64,000 bases of DNA from an uncultured bacterium (GTDB lineage: Bacteria > Bacillota_I > Bacilli_A > RF39 > UBA660): positions 7,766 to 71,765 of the forward strand of contig CASFPB010000039.1 of the NCBI GenBank assembly GCA_949296605.1, in the 5' to 3' direction. Positions 45,283-55,302 of this stretch are shown one piece after another. The notes under the pieces are model-generated. The model did not search any database. It was not told the DNA's origin and saw only the letters and a list, made by a program, of their open reading frames with translations. The first letter of the stretch is position 1. Each line of letters starts with the position of its first letter. The position numbers and the translations under genes are program-made.

Positions 45283-46468
45283 AAAGCTTGATGATTTTGG
45301 AAGAGGAATTTGTTATATTGACAACAAAGTAACTTTTGTTCCAAATACTATTCCAAATGATTTGGTAGAAATTAAAATTTCAAAAGAATTTAAAAATTAT
45401 AATGAAGGAAAATTAATTAATATATTAATACCATCTAAAAAAAGAATTGAACCAAAATGCCCTTATTTTTCAAAGTGCGGTGGTTGTGTATTACAAAATA
45501 TGAATTATAAAGATACATTAGAATACAAAAAACAAAAAGTAATAAATATATTTAAAAAAAATAAGTTAGAGATAAATCCAATAGTAATAGAAAATGCTAA
45601 TTATTACAATTATAGAAATAAAATTAGTTTAAAAGTAATTGATAAAAAAATAGGATACTATGAACCTAAAAGCCACTCTATAGTTGAAATAGACTCATGT
45701 TTAGTTGCAAGTAATTCAATTAACAAAACAATTCAATCGATTAAAAAAATGAATATTATTAATGGGTTAGTTACTATTAGATGTAATAAAAATGATGAAA
45801 TATTAATTATAATTAAAAGTAAAGATAAATTAAATATTGATGTAGATAGTATAAAGGAAAATATAAAATTAGTGGGGATTGTGATAAACAATAAGCTTTT
45901 TTATGGCGAAGATTTTTTATATGAAAATATAAATGGAATTTTTTATAAAATATCATATGATTCATTCTTTCAAGTAAATCCGTATATTGCATCAAAAATA
46001 TTTGATATTATCAAAGAAAATATTAATTCAAATGAAACAGTTTTAGATATTTATTCTGGAGTAGGAACCCTAAGTTTAACTGCATCAACGGTAGCTAAGA
46101 AGGTAATAGGTATAGAAATAGTTAAAAATGCTGTATTAAATGCTATTCATAATGCTAAAATTAATAAAATAAATAATGTAGATTTTTTGCTTAATGATGC
46201 AACTAAAGCAATAACAAAATTAAATTTATCTTTTGATAAAGTTATAGTAGATCCTCCAAGGGCAGGTTTATCAAAAATAGTAATTGATACAATTAAGAAT
46301 ATAAAACCAAAAGAAATTATATATGTTTCTTGTGATCCTCAAACCTTAGTTAGAGATATTAAATTATTAAGTGATTTATACATAATAAATAAATTTTATA
46401 TTGCAGATATGTTTAGTTTTAGTTATCACGTTGAAAGTGTGTGTATTCTAAAAATAAATAATATATAA
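45266..46468 (+). CDS. 23S rRNA (uracil-C5)-methyltransferase, RumA/RlmCD family
   Basis: TRAM-like N-terminus, Fe-S cysteines CPYFSKCGGCVLQ, SAM motif LDIYSGVGT, VDPPRAGL and C-terminal YVSCDP. Confidence 0.8.
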   Translation: MEVKIEKLDDFGRGICYIDNKVTFVPNTIPNDLVEIKISKEFKNYNEGKLINILIPSKKRIEPKCPYFSKCGGCVLQNMNYKDTLEYKKQKVINIFKKNKLEINPIVIENANYYNYRNKISLKVIDKKIGYYEPKSHSIVEIDSCLVASNSINKTIQSIKKMNIINGLVTIRCNKNDEILIIIKSKDKLNIDVDSIKENIKLVGIVINNKLFYGEDFLYENINGIFYKISYDSFFQVNPYIASKIFDIIKENINSNETVLDIYSGVGTLSLTASTVAKKVIGIEIVKNAVLNAIHNAKINKINNVDFLLNDATKAITKLNLSFDKVIVDPPRAGLSKIVIDTIKNIKPKEIIYVSCDPQTLVRDIKLLSDLYIINKFYIADMFSFSYHVESVCILKINNI

Positions 46469-46591
46469 AATTATAAAATATGCAATCGTATTGAATTAAA
46501 AAAATATGGGAAAATGTTTGAACTAAAAAAAATAAATTTACTTTCATACATAACGTTTGTTATAATATTAAACACTGTGGGGGAAATATGT

Positions 46592-48373
46592 ATGTTAACT
46601 TTAAAAATTACAAAAAAAATAAATAGTAATGATGATGCATTTGAAAAGTTTAAAAAAAAACTTCAAAAAATTTATGAAAGATATTGGGAAAAAAATAAAA
46701 AGTTAGAGGTTAAATTAGTTTTTGAAGAAGGAATTGATAAGATAAAACCACAACTAAACAATATGAATGAATTAATGGGATTCCGGCTTGTCGTCAAAGA
46801 AATTGAATATCCAGAATCAATAACGGAATTACCAAGTTCACGATATTTAGATGCAGAAATTAATTGTGATAAAACAAGTATAGCTAGCTACAATCCTTCA
46901 AATGGAATAGAAATAATTGGAGAATCTACATTTTTTAAAAAGAAAATCAAAAAGCCAATATGGATTAATGATGGTTTAAGAAAAATTTCATTTTTTGCTT
47001 TTGAAGAAAGTGAAATAGAAAAAATGATTTTTCTAAGTCAAGACGTTGAAATTGCTTCTAATGCTTTTAAGAATTCAAATATTAATAAATTATATTGTGG
47101 GAGTTTAAATTTATTGCATTATTTTTATAATTATCTTGTTAATTCTATAAATCATGTAAAAAGAAGAGGTGATTCTAGTTTATTCAGCAATATAAAATTG
47201 CCTATAAATGAATTAATAATTCCAGAAGAAATATTACCAGAATTCATTAATTTATTTTGTTCACATATACTTATATGTGATTTATTATCATTTAAAATAG
47301 TAATTGATTGCCCAAATGACTTTTATCATAATTATATTTATCAAAATTTTTTGAGAAAATTAAAATCAAACATGCGAAAGTGCCAAATCATAATGGACCA
47401 TGATTATGTAGCAGAAACTTTTGAAGAGGTAAAAGGCTTTTATCAAGAACCCAACATTGATAGTTATATGAGTGTTATTAATGATAAATTCACTCGAATA
47501 TTAAATGGTTGTTATAGTGAAAAAATGAGAGAAATAGTATTAAACCTTTTACTTAAAATCGCTGATGAAAATAATGCAAAACTAATAGGACAAAAAGATG
47601 ATAATTATGAACGATTTTGTAATCCAAATTTAACTTTTTCTAATGGCGGTGTTAATGAACTTGATATGATGCTGGTTGAGCTTGAAGGAAAAGTTAATTT
47701 TGTAAGTGAAAAATTAAAATATTATGATGAAACATTACAATTTATTGAAAAATTACAAAGTGAAATAAGCACTTGTGAGTTATATACCATTGATATTAAC
47801 TATTTGGATGATTCATTAATCTCCCATATATGGCAGTATTTATATTTGTTAAATTTTGTTAGTTCTGAAATAAAAGAAGAGTGCTTAAGTAGAATAATTA
47901 ATATTTTAAATAAGTTTAAAGAAATTTTAACACAAAAGAAAACAGAAATGTTAAATTTATTTCCAAATATAGATGTAAATATAAATGACCAATTTAATTT
48001 TGAAATAGAATTTAGAAAACTATTTATTAATGAAATATTGTCTTTTTATCAAAAGTTTTTAAGCTTAGATGAAGATAATCATTTTATAAATTCTCTTAAA
48101 AATCAAGGTATTGATGAAAAAGAATTTGAGAAACATATGAAAATCAAAGTAATAAAGAGTTTTATTGAAGATATTTTATTATTAGAATATATGATTCCAA
48201 ACAAATTAATGGAAAGAATAAGAGAAATAATAAATTATGATTTAACAACTTTAAATGATGATGAGCTCCAAAAAATAATAGAAGAATTAGCAAAAATTAA
48301 AGTATACTTAACTTTTGAAGAAATAAAATTAAAAAAACAAGGATTAATAAGAGTTCGAGCAATTAATATTTAA
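46592..48373 (+). CDS. Hypothetical 593-aa protein with a few BspA-type LRR-like segments
   Basis: The start was moved to the ATG at 46592 (RBS ggggga), downstream of an extended -10 tgt-tataat at 46558-46566. IEIIGESTFF / ISFFAFEES / EIASNAFKNS resemble LRR_5 repeats. The C-terminal ~400 aa are unassigned. Confidence 0.55.
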   Translation: MLTLKITKKINSNDDAFEKFKKKLQKIYERYWEKNKKLEVKLVFEEGIDKIKPQLNNMNELMGFRLVVKEIEYPESITELPSSRYLDAEINCDKTSIASYNPSNGIEIIGESTFFKKKIKKPIWINDGLRKISFFAFEESEIEKMIFLSQDVEIASNAFKNSNINKLYCGSLNLLHYFYNYLVNSINHVKRRGDSSLFSNIKLPINELIIPEEILPEFINLFCSHILICDLLSFKIVIDCPNDFYHNYIYQNFLRKLKSNMRKCQIIMDHDYVAETFEEVKGFYQEPNIDSYMSVINDKFTRILNGCYSEKMREIVLNLLLKIADENNAKLIGQKDDNYERFCNPNLTFSNGGVNELDMMLVELEGKVNFVSEKLKYYDETLQFIEKLQSEISTCELYTIDINYLDDSLISHIWQYLYLLNFVSSEIKEECLSRIINILNKFKEILTQKKTEMLNLFPNIDVNINDQFNFEIEFRKLFINEILSFYQKFLSLDEDNHFINSLKNQGIDEKEFEKHMKIKVIKSFIEDILLLEYMIPNKLMERIREIINYDLTTLNDDELQKIIEELAKIKVYLTFEEIKLKKQGLIRVRAINI

Positions 48374-48432
48374 TATTATTAATATAATGAAAATTAATAT
48401 GATAAAATTAATTTAAATGAGAAAGGACAAAA

Positions 48433-48963
48433 ATGAAATTTGAAAAAATTTGTAATGATAATTTAGAACAAGCATGTAAAATACAAAATGAAATTTTTCC
48501 TGATGAAGATGGACGTCAAAATTTTATTGAACAAATAAATAAAGATCCATATCGAAAAGAAATGGATTACTATATAGTTTATCAAGGTGATATTCCGATT
48601 GGAGTAACTGGAATATATTCTTACCATGAATATCCTAGTGATACATGATTAGGCTGGTTTGGAATATTAGATAAATAACGAAATAAAGGTTATGGTGGAC
48701 AAGCTCTCGATAAAACAATAAAACTTGCAAAAGAAAAAGGATATAAAAATTTTAGATTATATACTGATGAGTTTGCAAAAACTGCTCATAAACTTTATGA
48801 ATCTAGAAATATGTTAAAGGAAATATATGATAATTTAGATGACAAGGATAATTTTATAGATGCAAAAATATATATTTATTCGCTTAGTTTAGATGGGAAA
48901 ACAATAGAAAAATGGAATAATAAATTGCTTGGATTAAAAGAACAATCAAATAAAGAACATTAA
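48433..48963 (+). pseudogene. GNAT family N-acetyltransferase pseudogene (two in-frame stops)
   Basis: A single frame reads ...YPSDT[TGA]LGWFGILDK[TAA]RNKGYGGQALDKTIKLAKEKGYKNFRLYTDE... The stops at 48646-48648 and 48676-48678 fall where GNATs usually have W and Y/H before the R-x-x-G-x-G motif. Confidence 0.75.
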
Positions 48964-48976
48964 ATAAGGAGTAAAA

Positions 48977-49609
48977 ATGATAAATAACATAATGATAAAT
49001 TGCCATAGTAGTATAAAAATTAATGGCAAAAAAATAATATATATAGATCCATATAAAATAAAAGAAATTAATAAAGATGCCGATTTAATTTTTATTACTC
49101 ATGAACATTATGATCATTATTCAATCGAAGATATAAATAAAATTAAAAAAAGTAATACAAGATTTATAGTTCCTAAAAGTATGAAAAATAGGTTAGTAAT
49201 TGATGAAATAAGTGAAAGTGATATTATAAGTGTTGATGTAAAAAACAAATATAATGTAGATGATATAGAATTTGAAACAATACCAGCTTATAACATAAAT
49301 AAAAGTTTTCATCCTAAAAATAATAATTGGGTGGGATATATAATTAATATAAATAATATAAAATATTACATTGCTGGTGATACTGATATGACAGAAGAAG
49401 CAATAAATGTAAAATGTGATATTGCATTTATTCCAATTGGTGGAACATATACAATGGATTATAAAGAAGCAGCAACACTTACAAATAAAATGAAACCTAA
49501 ATATACAATACCAATTCATTATGGTTTAATTGTTGGAAAGTATGAAGATGCAATAAAATATTCTAATTTACTAGATAAAGAAATAGAATGTAAAATAATA
49601 ATAAAATAA
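48977..49609 (+). CDS. MBL-fold metallo-hydrolase
   Basis: THEHYDHY (HxHxDH) motif. Length is 210 aa. Confidence 0.75.
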   Translation: MINNIMINCHSSIKINGKKIIYIDPYKIKEINKDADLIFITHEHYDHYSIEDINKIKKSNTRFIVPKSMKNRLVIDEISESDIISVDVKNKYNVDDIEFETIPAYNINKSFHPKNNNWVGYIININNIKYYIAGDTDMTEEAINVKCDIAFIPIGGTYTMDYKEAATLTNKMKPKYTIPIHYGLIVGKYEDAIKYSNLLDKEIECKIIIK

Positions 49610-49661
49610 TTTACATAAAAATTAATCAATGATAAAATCATTATAGTTAAGGAGAATAAAT

Positions 49662-50285
49662 ATGCAAGAAATAATACTGTCGATAATGGAAAGTTATGGC
49701 TATTTTGGAGTATTTGCAATGATTGCAATTGAAAATATATTTCCTCCGATACCATCAGAAGTAATCCTTCTATTTGGGGGATTTATGACTACATATACAA
49801 CTTTAAATATTGTCATAATGATTATTAGTGCAACATTAGGATCCCTAATTGGAGCAATAGTCTTATATTATATAGGTAAAATATTTAATAAAGAAAGACT
49901 TAAAAAAATTGTTTCTGGAAAAATAGGTAAGGTTTTAAGATTAAAGGAAAAAGATATTGAAAAAGCTGATGAGTGGTTTGATAATAAAGGAAATAAAACA
50001 GTATTTTTTTGTAGATTTGTGCCAATTGTGCGAAGTTTAATTTCCATACCAGCAGGTATGAGTGAAATGCCAATGCTTAAATTTTTAATTTATACAACAT
50101 TAGGTTCAGCAATATGGAATACAGTATTAATAAGTATAGGTAATAAAGTTGGTAAAAAATGGGAATCTATATTAGAAATATTTGATAAATATTCACATTT
50201 AGTTGCAATATTATTAATATTATTATTTATTGGATTCATAATTTGGTTTTATGGATTTAGAAAGAAGAACAAAAGAGCAGAATAA
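49662..50285 (+). CDS. DedA family membrane protein
   Basis: ENIFPPIPSEVILLFGG and FCRFVPIVRSLISIPAG motifs. Confidence 0.8.
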   Translation: MQEIILSIMESYGYFGVFAMIAIENIFPPIPSEVILLFGGFMTTYTTLNIVIMIISATLGSLIGAIVLYYIGKIFNKERLKKIVSGKIGKVLRLKEKDIEKADEWFDNKGNKTVFFCRFVPIVRSLISIPAGMSEMPMLKFLIYTTLGSAIWNTVLISIGNKVGKKWESILEIFDKYSHLVAILLILLFIGFIIWFYGFRKKNKRAE

Positions 50286-50338
50286 TGCTTTTTTTTATTT
50301 TATATGTTATAATTAAAAACAGTTAGAAAGGAGCAAAA

Positions 50339-50857
50339 ATGGATAAATTTATACCAGATATATATCAAAAAAGTATATATACAATAGATTATAAAAAACT
50401 AAAAAAGAATGGAATAAAATGTTTGTTATTTGACTTAGATAACACAATCGCTCCATATAAGACATTAGAACCAGATACTAAGGTAAAAGAGTTATTTGCA
50501 AATTTAAGCAATGATTTTAAAATTATAATAATATCTAATAGTAATAAAAATAGGTTAAGACCATTTAAAGAAAAGCTAAATGTTGATACAGCATACAGTA
50601 GTAAGAAACCATTTAAATTTAAATATAAAAAAATACTCGAAATATATAAATTTAAAATAGATGAAATTGCTTGCATTGGGGATCAACTATTAACAGACAT
50701 TTTAGGAGCTAATAGAATGGGCTTTACAAGCATATTGGTAAATAGAGTAGCAAAATATGAAACTATATTTACTAGATTTAACCGTTTTTTTGAAAAATTT
50801 ATTTTAAAAAAATTAGAAAAAGAACGAATTTTAGTAAGTGGTGAATACTATGATTAA
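50339..50857 (+). CDS. yqeG: YqeG-family HAD-IIIA phosphatase
   Basis: LLFDLDNTI and GDQLLTDILGANRMG motifs. Located directly upstream of yqeH, as in B. subtilis. Confidence 0.8.
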   Translation: MDKFIPDIYQKSIYTIDYKKLKKNGIKCLLFDLDNTIAPYKTLEPDTKVKELFANLSNDFKIIIISNSNKNRLRPFKEKLNVDTAYSSKKPFKFKYKKILEIYKFKIDEIACIGDQLLTDILGANRMGFTSILVNRVAKYETIFTRFNRFFEKFILKKLEKERILVSGEYYD

Positions 50858-51770
50858 AAAATGTATTGGTTGTGGAATACCTTTACAAACAGAAAATGAA
50901 AATGATTTAGGATATACACCAAAATTAGAAAATGATTTATGTGCAAGATGTTTTAAATTAAAACACTATGGCAATAAAATCGATGAAGGCAAAAATCAAA
51001 ACAATACTATTTTATTAGAAAAAATAAATAAAAATAAGTGTCATGTTTTATTTATTACAGATTTTTTAAATATTAATAATGAGGTTATTGATATATATAA
51101 AAAAATAAAAAATCCTAAAAATTTAGTAATAAATAAAAGCGATATAATACCCAAAAACATAATAGTTAGTAAATTATTAAGCAATATAAAAAAAATATAT
51201 AAAATTGATGAAGATATAATTCTAAGCAGTAGTAAAAATAACAAATTAGATGATTTATATAAAATTATAAATAAACATAATAAAATTTTATTTTGTGGTT
51301 ATACAAACATGGGAAAAAGTAGTTTGATTAATAAAATAACCCAAACCAATTTAACTGTAAGTAATAAAAGAAATACTACCCAAGAATTTATAAAAACGAG
51401 TTATGAAGATAAAACTATTATAGATGCTCCTGGTTTTATAAATAATTATATTATAGAAAAAGACATTAAAAATATAATTAAACCCATAACCTATCAAATG
51501 AAAAATAAATATTATTTAAACATAGAACAAATTAAATTAGCTTTTGATAAAGATATAAATTTAACAATGTATATAGATAATAATATAAATGTAGAAAAAA
51601 GAAAAATAAAAGAAACGTTGAATTATGAAAAAACAATACGTTCAAATTGTGATATTTTAATAAAAGGAATAGGTTTTATTAAAGTAAAAGGAGATACAAA
51701 TTTTTTTATTAATATTTCAAAAGACAGATATGAAATTAGACCTTCAATAGTAGGAGCTAACTATGAGTAA
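50850..51770 (+). CDS. yqeH: Ribosome biogenesis GTPase YqeH (circularly permuted)
   Basis: Zn-finger CIGCGIPLQ...CARCFKLKHYG. G4 INKSD precedes G1 GYTNMGKSSLIN. ATG at 50850 follows RBS ggtga. Confidence 0.8.
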   Translation: MIKKCIGCGIPLQTENENDLGYTPKLENDLCARCFKLKHYGNKIDEGKNQNNTILLEKINKNKCHVLFITDFLNINNEVIDIYKKIKNPKNLVINKSDIIPKNIIVSKLLSNIKKIYKIDEDIILSSSKNNKLDDLYKIINKHNKILFCGYTNMGKSSLINKITQTNLTVSNKRNTTQEFIKTSYEDKTIIDAPGFINNYIIEKDIKNIIKPITYQMKNKYYLNIEQIKLAFDKDINLTMYIDNNINVEKRKIKETLNYEKTIRSNCDILIKGIGFIKVKGDTNFFINISKDRYEIRPSIVGANYE

Positions 51771-53520
51771 AATTAAAATAATGAGTGAAAATCTAGCCAA
51801 TAAAATAGCGGCCGGAGAAGTAGTAGAAAAATGTGCATCAGTAGTAAAAGAATTAGTAGAAAATGCAATTGATGCTAAAGCTAATAATATAAAAGTAAAT
51901 TTAGAAGATGGCGGATTAAGAAAAATTGAAATAATTGATAATGGAATAGGGATGGATAAAGAAGATGCTGTTTTGGCATTTGCAAGGCATGCGACAAGTA
52001 AAATTTATAAAGACGATGATTTATTTTTTATTGAAACATTGGGCTTTAGAGGAGAAGCCTTAGCAAGCATTGCTAGTGTAAGTGAAGTAAATTTAGAAAC
52101 ATGTTCAAAAGATATTGGAACCCATGTCCACATAAAGGGGGGAAAAATAGATTTAGTTGAACCAGCAGATGCTAGAATAGGAACAAGTATTTGTGTTACA
52201 AATCTATTTTATAACACACCAGCAAGATTAAAATATTTAAAAAGTGAAGCAACAGAGTTGAATAATTGTATTCAATTTATTGAAAAATTAGCATTATCAA
52301 GGCCTGATATAGCATTTGCGTTAAGTAATAATGATAAAGTAATTGTAAAAACAAGCGGAAAAAACAATTTATTAAAGACTATTCATGAAATATATGGTTT
52401 AACAGTATCTAGTAATATGTTAAGCATTAATAAAACTAGTGATGATTTTGAAATAAGTGGTTATATTGGCCTGCCGGGATTACTTAAAAAAAATAGGAAT
52501 CATTTTAACACAATAGTAAATGGTAGAGTTGTTAGAAATAATGATATTAATAGAGCAATAAATGATGCATATTATACGTATAAGCATGAAGGATTTTATC
52601 CAATAGTAGTAATTAATATTGAGACTGACCCAACATTAGTAGATGTAAATATTCACCCAACTAAACAAGATATAAAATTAAGTAAAATAGATGAATTATG
52701 TAAATTGTTATATGAAACAATAAAGGATACATTATATAAAAACTTATTGATTCCAGATGCAATAATAGATGATGATAACAATAATGATGATAACGATTCA
52801 AACTTAGTAAATAATGTAAATGTGAATTATATTAAAGCAAATATAAATAATAATGAAGATGAAAATATAGTTCAAACAGCAATGGATTTTAGCTCAAATG
52901 ATAAAGAAGAAAATATAATAAAAAATGAAGAATTTAAAGGCTTAAAATTATATCCTATTGGACAAGTCCATGGAACATATATAATTGCTGAAAATGAAGA
53001 TGGAATGTTTATATTAGATCAGCATGCTGCCCATGAAAGAATTAATTATGAAATGATTAAGAAAAAATTCCAAGAGGATAAACCAACATATATAGATATG
53101 TTAATACCTTTCTCAATAGAACTTACAGCAAGCGATTTTGTAACATTTATGGAAAACAAACAGGTATTAGAAGATTTAGGATTCAAAATAGAAGAATTTG
53201 GTATTAATACAATAGTAATTAAAAGTCATCCAACATGGTTGACAAAAAACTTTGAAAATGATAATTTAAAAACAATAGTAGATTTAGTTATTTTAAATCA
53301 TAAAAAATTTAATAAAGATAGATTTTTAGACAAGCTTGCTAAAATGGTTTCATGTAAAATGAGCATTAAAGCTAATGAACATTTGAGCAAAGAACAAATG
53401 GAACAATTATTAAATGATTTAGTAAAATGTGATAATCCATACAATTGTTGCCATGGAAGACCATCAATAATGAAATTTACTAATTATGAATTAGAAAAAA
53501 TGTTTAAAAGGGTGATTTAA
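51763..53520 (+). CDS. mutL: DNA mismatch repair protein MutL
   Basis: LANKIAAGEVVEKCASVVKELVENAIDA, the GFRGEAL motif, and the endonuclease motif DQHAAHERINYE. Its start overlaps the yqeH stop. Confidence 0.9.
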   Translation: MSKIKIMSENLANKIAAGEVVEKCASVVKELVENAIDAKANNIKVNLEDGGLRKIEIIDNGIGMDKEDAVLAFARHATSKIYKDDDLFFIETLGFRGEALASIASVSEVNLETCSKDIGTHVHIKGGKIDLVEPADARIGTSICVTNLFYNTPARLKYLKSEATELNNCIQFIEKLALSRPDIAFALSNNDKVIVKTSGKNNLLKTIHEIYGLTVSSNMLSINKTSDDFEISGYIGLPGLLKKNRNHFNTIVNGRVVRNNDINRAINDAYYTYKHEGFYPIVVINIETDPTLVDVNIHPTKQDIKLSKIDELCKLLYETIKDTLYKNLLIPDAIIDDDNNNDDNDSNLVNNVNVNYIKANINNNEDENIVQTAMDFSSNDKEENIIKNEEFKGLKLYPIGQVHGTYIIAENEDGMFILDQHAAHERINYEMIKKKFQEDKPTYIDMLIPFSIELTASDFVTFMENKQVLEDLGFKIEEFGINTIVIKSHPTWLTKNFENDNLKTIVDLVILNHKKFNKDRFLDKLAKMVSCKMSIKANEHLSKEQMEQLLNDLVKCDNPYNCCHGRPSIMKFTNYELEKMFKRVI

Positions 53521-53521
53521 G

Positions 53522-54547
53522 GTGTTACCAGAAAAAAGGAAAGAATTAATTATTTTAGGTGCATCAATAGTTGGTGTTATTATTATAATTATTTTAATGT
53601 ATAATTTAGCTAAATTTATGCACAATCGCAGTAAAAAATTAGAAGCACCAGATGATGCATATGAAACTTATTATAATTATTATGGGGTAATTATAGATGA
53701 AGATGAAAATTATCAAATAATTGGAATAAATAGCGATTATAAAGAAATAGAAATAGGATTAAGATCATTTTATCCAATAGATAAAATGTATTATTATAAT
53801 AATCATTTGCGTTTTTATTCAGATGCCATAAATGAACTTAGATATGATAATGAAGAGGCAAAATATTATTTATATGAATTAAACAATTTTTATAATAAAG
53901 ATACAAAAGTTTATTTAACTAATGAATTTTTAATAAAATTAAAAGGTAAAACACTAAGTTATGAAAAATATGACGATGATGAAAACAAAATAATAAGTGA
54001 AAATGTAGAAAAAGATAACATATTAATATACAATAATAAAATATATTATATTACAAATGAAGGAGTAGAGGTTTTTGATTTTGAGTTAGAAACCTCAAAA
54101 ATGTTAATAGTTAAAAAAAATGATACAAACATCAATTTGTTACAAATGAATGCTAAATACTTAGTATATGATGTAGATGGAACATATTTTGTATATAATA
54201 GCGAAACAGAAAAGACAACGAATTTAAGCTATTACATTGAAAAAGACATCCAAAAAGAATACAAATTTATTGCATTAACCAGCGATAATTTTATTTTTCA
54301 AACAACTGATTATGCAAATGATATAGTTTTAAAAAAAATAAGACTTTATGATAATGTTTTATTAAATAATTCATTTATCCTAGGAAACGAATCAATTGAT
54401 AAACTAATTTATTTTAAAAACGGAATACTTTATGCCGAATTAAGTGATGGAGAAGAAAATAAAAGAAATGTTTTGATGGACGTTGAAGGAGAAAAAATAG
54501 TAAAAGAATTAAAAAATACATATAGAACAATAATTAAAGTAGATTGA
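53522..54547 (+). CDS. Hypothetical membrane-anchored protein (341 aa)
   Basis: GTG start after RBS aagggtga, one N-terminal TM and a Tyr/Asn-rich ectodomain. No motif recognised. Confidence 0.5.
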   Translation: MLPEKRKELIILGASIVGVIIIIILMYNLAKFMHNRSKKLEAPDDAYETYYNYYGVIIDEDENYQIIGINSDYKEIEIGLRSFYPIDKMYYYNNHLRFYSDAINELRYDNEEAKYYLYELNNFYNKDTKVYLTNEFLIKLKGKTLSYEKYDDDENKIISENVEKDNILIYNNKIYYITNEGVEVFDFELETSKMLIVKKNDTNINLLQMNAKYLVYDVDGTYFVYNSETEKTTNLSYYIEKDIQKEYKFIALTSDNFIFQTTDYANDIVLKKIRLYDNVLLNNSFILGNESIDKLIYFKNGILYAELSDGEENKRNVLMDVEGEKIVKELKNTYRTIIKVD

Positions 54548-54554
54548 GGTAAAA

Positions 54555-55028
54555 ATGGAAAAAATTAATTTAAATTTATTGCCAATAGAAATTGATGATT
54601 ATATAGAATTTGATGAAAACTATTATAAAAATACTGATATAAAACACATGGATAAATTTCATATAAAGGGCAAAATATTTTATAATTTAAGTGAAGAAAT
54701 AGAAATAGATTTAAATGTTGAAGGTAATATTTATCTAAATGATGCAATAACTTTAGAAGAGATAAAATATCCTATAAATATAAATATAAATGAAATTTTG
54801 AGTAATTCGGAGGAAAATTCAAACGAATTTTACGAAAAAAACAAAAATATACTTGATATAAATGAATTTTTATGGGAAAATATTGTATTGGAAGTTCCCA
54901 TTAGTTTAACTAAAAAATCTGGGACTAATATAAAAGGCAATGGCTGGGAGTTAAATAAAAAATCCAATGAGGAAGAAATAGATCCTCGCTTAGCAAAGTT
55001 AAACGAAATATTTAAAGGTGGTGAATAA
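54555..55028 (+). CDS. YceD/DUF177 family protein
   Basis: Conserved position immediately upstream of rpmF. Acidic 157-aa protein with C-terminal IDPRLAKL. Confidence 0.65.
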   Translation: MEKINLNLLPIEIDDYIEFDENYYKNTDIKHMDKFHIKGKIFYNLSEEIEIDLNVEGNIYLNDAITLEEIKYPINININEILSNSEENSNEFYEKNKNILDINEFLWENIVLEVPISLTKKSGTNIKGNGWELNKKSNEEEIDPRLAKLNEIFKGGE

Positions 55029-55030
55029 AA

Positions 55031-55222
55031 ATGGCAGTTCCTTTTAGAAGAACAAGTAAAACTAAAAAAAGAATGCGTAGAACTCATTTAAAGAAAACAG
55101 TAGGTGCTTTAACAACATGTCCTAAATGTGGAGCAACATTAAGACCACATAGAGCATGCACAAAATGCGGTTATTACAAAGATACAGAAGTAATTAAAGT
55201 TGCTGAAAAAGATGAGCAATAA
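55031..55222 (+). CDS. rpmF: 50S ribosomal protein L32
   Basis: [20 protein letters not shown]-terminus and a CxxC...CxxC zinc ribbon. Confidence 0.92.
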   Translation: MAVPFRRTSKTKKRMRRTHLKKTVGALTTCPKCGATLRPHRACTKCGYYKDTEVIKVAEKDEQ

Positions 55223-55224
55223 AA

Positions 55225-55247
55225 ACCGATTAATTTCGGTATTTTTT
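55225..55247 (+). terminator. Intrinsic terminator after rpmF
   Basis: Stem accga(55225-55229)/tcggt(55236-55240) followed by a T-run. Confidence 0.6.
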
Positions 55248-55249
55248 AA

Positions 55250-55278
55250 TTGCTAAAATAAAAAATTTGTGTTAAAAT
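55250..55278 (+). promoter_or_regulatory. Extended -10 promoter of the 595-aa gene
   Basis: ttgcta (55250-55255), 17-nt spacer ending tgtgt, taaaat (55273-55278). Confidence 0.5.
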
Positions 55279-55302
55279 CTAAAATAGAGAGGTTGAATAA
55301 AT

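Noticed and set aside
48646-48648. Possibility that TGA encodes Trp (Mollicutes-type code 4), suggested by TGA sitting at a conserved Trp position in the GNAT gene.
   Set aside because: Well-supported genes in the window terminate at TGA (for example cotE at 21939-21941, gerKA at 43237-39 and the 341-aa gene at 54545-54547). All long conserved genes are open under code 11. The same GNAT frame also contains a TAA, so pseudogenisation explains it better.
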